Part shown: positions 54,034-64,000 of the stretch, piece by piece
How positions within the stretch are numbered: the first letter of the stretch is position 1
Layout: every line of letters starts with the position of its first letter
Source of the DNA: Monocercomonoides exilis PA203
Taxonomy: Eukaryota; Protista; Preaxostyla
Length of the DNA stretch: 64,000 bases
Direction: 5' to 3'
Assembly: GCA_001643675.2 (NCBI GenBank)
Contig: LSRY02000020.1
Coordinates: 1,426,001 to 1,490,000 of the forward strand
Program-made: the position numbers and the translations under genes
The notes under the pieces: generated by a model
Seen by the model: only the letters and a program-made list of their open reading frames with translations
The model's database searches: none
What the model was told of the DNA's origin: nothing

Positions 54034-54757
54034 ATGTTGATGTGTATGAGTCATATTTTTCATTTTTCATGCATTTCTGAATGATTAGATGAGTGATCGT
54101 TACAAAAATGTGTTTATTTTATGTTATTGAGTTTTTCTGAAAATCGTAGAAAAATGAGTGAAATGAAAAAAATACGTCAAAAAATAACAATCATCCACCA
54201 ATCAAAATGACATAAAAAACAAAAAGTACTTCATGATATTAATCATTTAAAAATTGAAAACAGTTAGAAATTTTCTAATCAAATTCAATAACTTTCAAAA
54301 AAACACAATTCTGTCACATAATCATAAAACAATCACCAAATATCAACTAAATATCAACAATTTTGAACAATGAAAAATATAAGAAGAAATAGCACTATTT
54401 CAACAAATTCATGGTATCAAAGACAATTCCAAACAAAAAGAATACTTATATAAAAAGTTCAAAAACTAACTTGTCTATTTTCCCTCTGTTTTCCATCCAC
54501 TCACCCCTTTCTGATATTTCTCTCTCTTTGACTCAAAAAGATCAAATCCAACAAAGAAAAAAGACAGACACAATGATAAAACAACATTTCACACTCTCAA
54601 CAACTCTCCCTTCCAAAAATCTCACTCAAAGATCAATGAATTCCTTCACAACTCTATCTATTAATGAATCTCGATATATACATGTATAAGCGGGACAATA
54701 ACCAAGAAATAAATAGGGACATATCAGGGACAATAACCAAAAGAAAACAATCGGATT

Positions 54758-54895
54758 CTAACTGTTGTGCACCTGGGAGGCTGTTCGTCGTATCCAGGTC
54801 CGGATATTGCAGCCCGAAGGCTGCAATATCTAATACGAACAGTCACGTCCAGCACCCTTCCGATAAAGTGCCAGCTAAGCATGCACAACAACTAG
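54758..54895 (-). ncRNA. Putative structured RNA element directly downstream of the transposase stop
   Basis: 14-bp closing stem, 10-bp hairpin, 8-bp stem and a perfect 12-bp hairpin capped by cUUCGg. About six G-U pairs form only on the minus strand. It is a GC island in AT-rich flanks. Confidence 0.55.
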
Positions 54896-54899
54896 TTTC

Positions 54900-57800
54900 T
54901 TAATAGGGGACACCAAAAGAACAATTTTGAGATTCATTAAAAGAAGAAGAGTCAAGAAGAAGCTCAAATCTCCTTGAAAGAAGATCTTGAGAAGATTGAG
55001 AAAGAAGAGAAGAGTTAGATGATGTGATATCAGAGTGAAATGACTTTCTTGATCTTTGAACTTTTTCTTTCATCGTTGAAGATTCGAGGGCAACCAGAGA
55101 GCGTTGAGGAAGATATCCAACAGCTGAAGCAGAGACAAATGAGCCTTTGCGCTCAAAATACAAGTAGTCCTTCATGTGAGGGACTGACAGAGATGGCCAT
55201 GAAATTTGCTGAGATGGTACATATTCTTCAAAGTACCTCTCATGCTCAAAGTTATTGACAGATGTTGAAGATGGTGAAGAGTTCGATGATGATGTTGAGA
55301 AAATGTTTGATTGTGAAGTTGAAGAAGCTGATGTCGAAGTGTTCATATTGTTTTCGAAGAAGTTGATCAAATCATGAAGTGTGGTGATGTGTTCAGTCGA
55401 AAGATTGTTGTCGATTGCATTCACTAACGCACCAAATTCACTATCACAGATATTTTTTCCATGATGCTCAGCGAAGAAGTTGAGTTGAGTGTTTTTCTTT
55501 TAAGAAGTTTTGATTGTTTTGAAAGGATGAAGTGAAGAAGGAAGCGATTACGGTTGTGTGGACCTGAATCGCAGAAGAACTTAAAAGTGTGAGTGTCTGC
55601 GAAGAAGTGTCTTTTGATCACAGATTCCAGACACTCAATAACAAATCTGTGATCATTTGAGAGACAGTCGGAGAAGAAGTCGAATGTTCGTTTTATTTGT
55701 TGATTATTAATTTTTTGAAGAGAGATGATTGTGAATTGAGAAACTTGTTGATAATTGAAGAATTCCTGTTGAAGTTGATTTTTTCTGATAGGGAGTTTCC
55801 ACTTCTCTTTGAAGTCGAAGACGAAGACTGCTTCTCCCTCTTTCAGATTATCAACAGTTGATTGATAATGTTTTCGTTGCATTTCTGCAACAAGACGATG
55901 TTGTCGAAGAAGTTTGAGTGTATGAAATTCGGCAGAAGAAAGTCCATTTTTATTTTGTGAAGACTTCAGTTTGTTTTCGAGATAGTTGAGTTTCTCGCAC
56001 ATTCCACAAAGATCTGTACGTCTTTTCGCTTTGGAAAAGTTGGTAGTGAGTTTGTAGAAATGTGACAGAGAAACTTTGATGTTTGTTTCTTCTGTGAACT
56101 CACTCCATAATTTTGTCTTGGGCTTGAAGATTAATCTTTTCTCATTGGGAGAAAAGATGCCCATTTTCTTTCTTTTTTCTTTCAAAGCTTCCAATCCATA
56201 AGAAGATGGAATTGATGATGGTAGTTGTGGAATGGAAGTTGTTGGATGAAGTGGAGTGATGAATGAGGATGAGGATGATGATGATGATGATGATGATGAA
56301 ATGTTATTTAAAGTGTTTAAATTTGATGTTTCTGAAGAAGAAGAAGAACCACCAAATTGAATAGTAGATAGTGTTGGTTTTGTTTTTTCTTTTGTGTAAA
56401 ATGAAAGGGAAGGAGTGAAACCTTGTGAGTGAAGATTATTCCATGAAGAACTCCATTTGTCACTATCGAATTCAGAAACACTTTCATCATTGCAAATACT
56501 CCAAAAACTATTGATTCCACTTTTTCTTTTCACAATTGCGATGTAATGTCCGTTTTGTTGATCCAGACGTTTGAATAGTATTTGTCCAGAAAATGATATA
56601 TGATGGTTTCTTGATTATCTTTTTGAAGATGTTGAATATCTTTAGAAGAAAACCCTTTGCAAAACGTGCGTTGATTGACTCTGTCTGTTTCCATTAGTAA
56701 TGTTCTCGAAGGTGCTGAACTAGCAGAATCAGTACATTCATGACAGAGGGCTAGCACCTCTGGAAATGCAGCCATTTCCTCCCATCTCGCAGCACAGCAT
56801 TTTTCCTTGCATGCATCACAATAGACACTATTCTTTCCTTCCAAAACTTCAGTTGCAAAGAGAGAAGATAATCCATGTTGCGTTGATGAAGAATTGATAA
56901 CAATATTGCTACAAAATTCATTGAAATGTGATGTGATTTGTTGGCATTTTTGGCATTTGAAATGAGTGATTAAAACAGGATTGAAGGTGTCCTTATTTAT
57001 CAACTCATCTTTTTGAAGAAGTTGGTGAAGATTGTCAAATGCCCTCAGCCGCGTTTTTGCTGCTGTCTGCTTCCATAGTTGCAGAAATTTTCCCATTTGT
57101 CAATAAGAGATGGGACCCATGAACGCACTGCCGTTCCATCTTTAGCCAATTGATGACAAACACTTACAACACGCGAAGATGTGTTCTTCAAAAATGTTTG
57201 TTTTTGAATAAAGATGGTTTTTGAATAGTTATTGAAGAGAAACATTGAAGAAGAGAAGCCAAATAGCATGTGTTGCCTAAGTTAGGCAATCCTTTTGCTA
57301 TTTGTGATGATTTATTTGAAGAATTTAATGAATTTGAGAAAGATTGAGAATGAGAATGATTTTTATTGAATTTTCTTTTGCATTCTTTTTTGAAATATTT
57401 TTGAAGAATTATTTTGAATAGATATTTCATTATTTGAAGATTGAATGCTTTGTTGTTGAAGTATTGAAGTGTCATTCTCTTTTGAAAATGAAGAAAAGAG
57501 ATTTTGAAATGCTTGAGGTGGAATTAATGTGGGTGAAGTGGCATAATCTACTAATTGCTCACTTACAAACACATTATCATTTTGAAATGATGAAGTATTT
57601 ATTTTTCTTTCAATTTTTTGTAATTGAAATTTGTGAAGAAGAAGTTTTTGATTTGAATATTTTGTGAATTGGTATTGGAGATGGAGAAGAATGACGCTTG
57701 TGATATGAATTTTTATTTTGGTTTTTGTTGACCCCTTTCTCTCCTTATTGGAGTGTTGATTGGAGCATCAACAGCTTGAGAAGAAGAAGAATTTGAAGAA

Positions 57801-58598
57801 GGAGAATTTTTTTCTGAAATGGTTTTTGAATTTTTATTGAGTTGAGATGATGTTGAAGAAGAAGAAGATTGTTTTTTATTTGTAGAAGAATTTTCTGTAA
57901 TAATTTCTTCATCCCAAGCTGCTTCGTCAATAAATCTGGCGTAATCTGGCTCAGCTCGCTGCTTTTTCTTTGCTGACTGAAGCGAAGTTGAGGCTTCAGT
58001 TGAATGAGCCAACATCCAGTTATTGCCCTTTTCCCATTCCTGTTCATTTAAGCCTATAATAAACAGAGAAAATTATTCAAAAAAATTAAAATAAATACAA
58101 ACCACTTTTGCAAGACGGAAGGTGAGGTTTTGTGGCGGAATGATAAAACCTTGATTCTTCTTCAGCGTTTGCTTCGCGTAAATAAATTTTCCCTCTGTGA
58201 CATCATATCCATAGTCCTGTAAATCGGATAATGATGTGTTGCGGGAAAGCGCTTGTAGCATTGTTGTCTGAGTGTGCAACGGAGCGTTGTTGTACACCAC
58301 AGACAGGTCTTCCAGCAACTTTATGTGATATTCTGTTTCAAAAAAATAAATAATTAACAAATCAAAAGAAAAAAATAACAGAGAGTAATAATATTATTTA
58401 TAACACACAATACAAAAAAATAAAAACCAAACCATTCAAAGACTTCAGTAAATCATCAATTACTGAAGATGATTGCCTGTAGGTGTAAAACAAATAGGCA
58501 AGCAACGAATCCACGTCATTTCCGCCGATTCTCTTTATTTCTTGCCATAGAACATTGCAACGAGAATTTAATGTCGATTCGCGTTTTGAAATGGACAT
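54900..58598 (-). CDS. Transposase (DDD, Sola-like) with internal USP/peptidase C19 domain; 2 introns and several frameshifts as assembled
   Basis: USP motifs: GLPNLGNTCYLASLLQCF (~57240-57295), CQKC, EVLEGKNSVYCDAC, FPEVLAL, NGHYIAIVK...WSICNDESV (~56480-56555). In frame with the His box: TDLCGMC, HRLVAEMQR, FVFDFKEK, FSDCLSND, FFCDSGPHNRN, then after a 1-nt shift NFFAEHHGKNICDSEFG. Confidence 0.78.
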
Positions 58599-58905
58599 TT
58601 TTCTCTAATAAATATTTTCTTATGGAAAATCACAATTATTCTAAAATAATTTTTTTTTATTTAAAAAAATATGTATTGTTATTTTTTCATTATTTGACTA
58701 TTTCCAAAATTGTTAAAAAATTTTTTTAACGTGATTTGAATTATAGAAAAAAATTTTAAAAATTTCTTATCAGAAAAAAATTGGAAAAATTAAAGAATTC
58801 TTAAATTGAAGGTTTATTGAAAAATTCATCACATAAATGAACTTGTCTTATGAAAAATATCATTCTCATATATAAAGTTCTTAAAAATATATATAATATT
58901 GTTCT

Positions 58906-59115
58906 TCAATGAAAAAGAATCAGATCCATAATTCAAAATTCGAAGGAGTCAAAAAGATCAAAAAAAGTGCTAAAGGGGAAAGTGCAAGGAGCAGAAAACA
59001 GTTTTTTCCAATAAATAAAGTACATATGTCGTTATTTATCATTTCCGGCATAAATCAGACACATGATAATATTGTCATTTTGTGATCGTCATTGTTTTTA
59101 ATTTTCAAACAGAAA
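58906..59115. repeat. Degenerate internal copy of the terminal repeat (same orientation as the right arm)
   Basis: aatgaaaaagaatcagatcc...caaaaagatcaaaaaaagtgctaaaggggaaagtgca...aaaacagttttt aligns collinearly with 61531-61635. Confidence 0.7.
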
Positions 59116-59242
59116 AATTGAATTTATTTTTTTCTCGATGAATGAAAGGATTTTGGATTTTTTCCAAAGCCAGAGAGTTTATAATTTTTTTATTATAAAT
59201 GTGAATTAAATATTTCAAATTGAAATTTTTAGTGAAAATCTG

Positions 59243-61136
59243 ATGAAACCCAATAAAAGGAAATTCATAATGTCAAGTGGGAGGTTGTCTGGTTCTCGAT
59301 TTTCCCGTGCGCACACAAGCATGAGAAAGCAAAGCATAATGAACGATGTGGATATGCTATCGAACTTTTCAGAAATATGTCAGTTGATCATGCAAATAAA
59401 GTCCCCTTCGAATTTTTTTATCAAATCGATCCCCGGAAACTCGCTAATGAATAATCTGATGAAAAATTATGGATGTTTGCTTTTTGTTTTTCCTTTATTT
59501 TCTTTGTTTTTTGTAATTAATAATTTTTTATTTTAATATTTATTATGTTTTTATTTTTTTATTATTTGTTTATAAAAAAGCACCATTACATAAGTTTGTC
59601 CAAAAATTGAAGCTCCCGTTCAATGAATCGAACCCGTATATCCAAGAAAAAATGCTGCTGTGTCTGACTGAGTGGTTTTCTCAGCAAGAACTGATACAAG
59701 ATTTCAATTACAAGATCAACTGTTTGGGTGAATGTTTGAAGGATAAAAAGGAAGAGAATTCAATTCAATCAATTTTTCGGAAGCAATCTTCTTCATCAAG
59801 TTACAGTGTAATATCTTCAGACGAAGATGAAGCGGTTGATCAAATGTCTGAAGAAGAAGAAAGCGACGATGAAGAAACGGAGAGCGATGAATGTTTAAAA
59901 ATGAGCAAAGATAAAAAATGTTCAGATATTAAAAGAGGAGGAATGAAAATGGAAATAGAGGTTTGGTTTTTTATTTTTTTTTCAAAAATTGCCTGATTCA
60001 ATTTGACAGGCAAATCAATAATTATTTGTTTATTTTTTTGTTTGTTGCTTTGAAGCAACAGTCTTCAATGGAAGCATTAGGAAATCCTTATTCTGTTCTT
60101 TCGACAGTTCCACAAATGAGTAGCTTTTTTCAATTTCCTCCTTCGTTTCTATTTCCAGCTCATCCTTTACCAAAAGAATCACGTTCATATGTTCAGGTGT
60201 TGGTGAATTGTGGGAGGGAGTTGATAAATTTTGGATCATCATGTGCTTTAGCTTCTATTTGTCAATGTCTGGCATCGTTTGGAGTGCAATGTGATATCAA
60301 AAAAAGACGTGGAGGAGTGTATATTTTCCGAAGACTTTTCAGTGCAATCAGAGGGAGAACTGTGACAAGCAAAGTGTGGGGAACTCCAGCATTTATGAAT
60401 TTTGTGCAAAAACATGGTGGGAGCAAATCTGATCCATTAGGGATCACAACAGCATATGAAGCAATTCTGAACGATGCATTTTTGGAGGGGTGCAATATCA
60501 AGAAAGACTTCACAGTGAAGCAATCTTCATTCAAACTGTGTGCGAAGTGTTCTCATGTTCGTGTTCATAACCAAAATCCTTCGTTTTATTTCACCATCAT
60601 GCATCCATCGATTGTGAAGGGGTTGAATTTGTCATTGTCTGTAACCGATCAGTTATCAACTGAGGAACCGTGTATTGATGCTTATTGTGGGTGCAAGACT
60701 TCATTTTTGTATTGGACACAAATTGACAGGTTCCCAAAAATCCTTGCAATTTATCATAGCTCAAAGGAAAACTCCCTGTTATGCAACCGCCCAAAACTAT
60801 CACATTTCATGGAAGTGGATCCACCCGAAATCGATGGTGGTGACGTCACATGCAACAAATCAACTGAAACATGAGTTTTCTTTCTTTCCGAGGATTGATT
60901 ACAATTTCATTGGATATGTCCTTCATTCGATGAAACCTATGCCTATTGGTCATTTTATAGCAGTTGTTGTTGATGGAAGAGATGAATCGACTGGGGAGCT
61001 TAGTCTACTGGAGTGCAATGATGGAGTTATATCTCAGGTGAATTCCCATTTCAATGAAGCATATTGGAAAGCAATGGCAAATGAAGGATGGAATGGTGCA
61101 ATTTGTTTTTATAGAATAAACCAAATGATTGAATGA
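59243..61136 (+). CDS. Stand-alone divergent ubiquitin-specific protease (peptidase C19)-like protein; ~3 exons, frameshifted as assembled
   Basis: Cys box ELINFGSSCALASICQCL (~60220-60270), CAKC, YCGC, FPKILAIYH. His box YNFIGYVLH...IGHFIAVV...ECNDGVIS...GAICFYR. Confidence 0.75.
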
Positions 61137-61525
61137 TTTTGTTCTTTGTCTATTTTTGCTTTAATTTTTACTTTTTTTCCTTGCGATTTTTACTTTCGAA
61201 TTTTTCTTTTTCAATTTTCTCACTTCCTCTCTTGATGTTTTCAGTTTGATTTTTAACAGTTTTCTCAAGAAATCATTTATAATGAATGAAATATTTTTTA
61301 TTTGAATAATGAATTTCTTCTGAAATGACAAATCCTTCAAAATTACAAAAACATATCATAATTTAAAATAAAAATAAAAAATGAAAAATATGAAAACATC
61401 AATAACATTAACATTGCTGTTAAAAAACAAATAAAATTTATTTTCAGAAAATTTATATGATACCTGTCCTTATACGATTTTTAAATCACAAATTTTAAAA
61501 ATTCGACTATACTCAACATTGTCAA

Positions 61526-61966
61526 TTTTGAATGAAAAAAGGATCCGACCCTATATTTTAATTTTTCGAGGGCAAAAAGATCAAAAAATTACGCGCTAAA
61601 GGGCGAAAATGCAGATTTCAAAAAGCAGTTTTTAGTAATATATGAAGTTAAATCGATGAAATAAACCATTTTGAACAAAAAAAGTGGCATCGAGATTCTG
61701 ATCCTTCTGTCATCTTCATTGTTTGAAGCGGAAAACAGAAGTTTTTTCCATGAATACAAGTTTTTAAAATTCAGAAAAACATTTTTCTAACTCTTATCAC
61801 ATACATAACTATTAAACAAAAAATCAAAATTTTTCTGATATTTGTTTTTTTTTAATAAATATTCAAAAATTCAAAAAGATATGGTTCTGATTAAAGCTGG
61901 AGTTTTGTTTCTTTCATTTTTAAAACCACTAACTTTTCCAACTTTTTACCAGTTTGCTAATACTTT
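61526..61966 (-). repeat. Right inverted repeat arm
   Basis: Reverse complement of 53591-54033. Confidence 0.95.
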
Positions 61967-62089
61967 CTTTTTTTAATGTTTGTAGTAATGCTATTATTTC
62001 TCAAATATATTTTTTATTTACCACTTTTTTAAAAATATGTCATAATATATTCAAAATCTTTATATTTTATGTTTATTTGTCAGTAATAT

Positions 62090-64000
62090 CTGATTCTTAA
62101 ACTGTTGGCCTGTATTTATCTTGCGTTGCGGCTTTTATGAGAAATGGTTTTTATAAAAAATGGAGAATTTTATCAGATTCTGCTTTCAACCGAACATGTT
62201 TTCTGGCGCTGATTGAGTTCACTCTGCTGCTCGTGCGCCAACAAGAAGAATGAAATATCATGCATTCATTCATCTTCTTGGCGAGTTGCAATAATTATTG
62301 AAGCAGTGGCATTTTTTTATTTATGAAATGCTTTTACAGCGCATTGTTGCTAATTCAATGAGACGGGGAATTCAATTGTTTGTCGACTGGAGACAGCAGC
62401 GGAAGAGCAAGAAATGTAAAAGAATGCTCATGTTTTATGCAGGACAAGGGAGATTTGTTTTGCAGAAACAGAACTGCAGAGAAAGGAAACCGAACGAGAA
62501 CAAAAGATGGAGGTAAGATAAAGGAATGAGAAGCAAGAGAGGTAGAATGGAAAATTAGAAAGGTTATTTTGTTCAATCTATTTAATTCAATCTTCTTTTT
62601 TTTTTAAATTTTGAACTTAATAATTATAATTTCAAGATCCTTGCATGATTTTTTATTATTTTTTCTCTGATTCAGATACAGATAACATTAAAACATGGTT
62701 TATTTTGGCCAGCGGTGACGCCAATGAATATGCTAGTCTCAGAATTGCGAGCAGAAAAACAGATGGTGCGGCGTTATGCGTCCATTTGGTTGGTGCATGA
62801 AGAAGTCTTTGTGAAGCTTGTGAGAACGCCGAAGATGGAGATGGGAGATGAACGTGAAGAGGATGGAGGTGGAGATGAGCAAGAAGATGCTTGCGAGTTA
62901 GCAGATGGAAGAGAGAAAGTGGAAGAGAGAGAAGAAAAAGAAGGAGATGAAGACAATGAGAACTGCAAAAAGATGGAGGATGAGAGAGAAGAACGAAATT
63001 TTGTTCAGCGGAGATAACATAGAAGGGAAATTGACGTCGCCAATTGAGAGAGAAAGAGAAAGAGGAAATAGAGTTGAGCACGAGGGTTCTTTATAGACAG
63101 AGAAAGATGGCATTTCCAAAAGCAAAGTCGATAGAATGATGCATTTGGAGTTATTTGATCAAGGCAGAACATCTCTTGTTATTCCTTCCTGCGAAGAATG
63201 GCTGCTGTCAGGAAAATTAGTGGAACACAAAGACTACTTGGGTTTTATTTCGCAATGAAGATAAGCAGAGGTGGGCAATACGAACTCAATGAGAAGGTGC
63301 TAAAGAGGAGATGGACTATTTTCTGTGGAGGACGAAGAGAACGAAGAGAGAAGGAAAAGCGAGCTGAGAGTGCTATATGGCAGCTCGTCAGAAGCATCGA
63401 AGTCTGCTTCGAAGAAAAGCAGACGTGCTTGTGATACGTCTTCAGTGATTTTATCATCATCATCATCATCTTCTTCTTCTTCTTCTTCAAAGCCTCACTC
63501 ACACTCTCATTCCTTAAATTCGTCCCATTCAAAATCCAGCTCGTCAACAACAACCTTATCTCCTTCCTCAACAGCTGTTCCAACTGCATCATTATCATCA
63601 CCTTCTTCTTCAACTTCTTCTATTTCATCTTCTTCATCAGCCTCTCAAAATACATCTGTTATCAAACAATTTTGTCATCCTCTCCAGCCACTTGCACAGA
63701 CACAAGAAGCACAGCTATCGCACACTCAAACCGATCTCAATTGCGCATCCACGCTCAACACTCGCAAAATGCAGCTGAAATTAAAAGGCAGAAGAGGAAG
63801 ACAGCAGCAAGTCAGAAGCGGAACTCGTCTCTATCACCTTTTCTTTGATGTTATCTTCTTCCATTGCTTCTTCCTTTTCCTCTGCATCTTCATTGATTTC
63901 TTCTCCATCTTCAAATCTGCTCTCTTATTCTATTTCTTCCAAAAAGAAAACTGAGAATGGAAATGAAAAAGAAAAGAAAAGCGAAAATGAAGCCAAAATT
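62090..64000 (+). pseudogene. Fragmented coding remnants
   Basis: Short protein-like ORFs (62298-62516, 62715-63017, 63198-63434, 63325-63954) interrupted by stops and frameshifts. No family recognised. Confidence 0.35.

Larger units (their letters stand above)
53591..61966. mobile_element. ~8.4-kb putative DNA transposon with long terminal inverted repeats, encoding a USP-transposase fusion and a second USP
   Basis: ~440-bp near-identical inverted arms enclose a DDD transposase-like gene and a divergent cargo gene. No TSD was identified and the exact ends are uncertain. Confidence 0.78.

Noticed and set aside
54795-54814. Resemblance to bacterial SRP RNA helix 8 (CAGGUCCGGA...GCAGCC)
   Set aside because: The GNRA loop and its closing UCC/GGA stem are absent, and the bases are committed to a stronger hairpin.
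54771-54842. HDV-like ribozyme on the plus strand (P1/P2/P4-like stems, CUAAU before the last stem)
   Set aside because: Only 5 nt lie where P3/L3 (~13 nt) is required, and the G-U pairs favour the minus strand.
55485-55510. Programmed -1 ribosomal frameshift in the transposase
   Set aside because: No in-frame X XXY YYZ heptamer is present, and similar single-base losses occur at several other homopolymers.

Overview
AT-rich, intron-containing eukaryotic DNA using the standard genetic code. Short AT-rich introns and poly-Ser-inflated proteins suggest an oxymonad such as Monocercomonoides, but that is inference only. (1) 1-17.2 kb is the end of a tandem 5S rRNA array with 13 apparently identical minus-strand genes. 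Eleven ~1.4-kb units carry a (CACT)n module, and two diverged ~1.03-kb edge spacers lack it. All ORFs predicted there are spurious. (2) 17.9-46 kb holds housekeeping genes: two hypothetical genes, ASNSD1-like, PCNA, a 2,600-aa RRP12, a Ser/Thr kinase with a long spliced tail, and an equilibrative nucleoside transporter. A 355-bp perfect inverted repeat lies at 23.7-24.6 kb. (3) 46.9-53.5 kb and 62-64 kb are fragmented coding remnants. (4) 53.6-62.0 kb is the main find: an ~8.4-kb element bounded by ~440-bp near-identical inverted repeats. It encodes a DDD-type (Sola-like) transposase fused to a complete ubiquitin-specific-protease (USP) domain and a second, divergently transcribed stand-alone USP. 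It also holds a degenerate internal third copy of the terminal repeat and a ~140-nt highly structured RNA-like module (UUCG hairpin, G-U pairs, possible pseudoknot) directly after the transposase stop codon.
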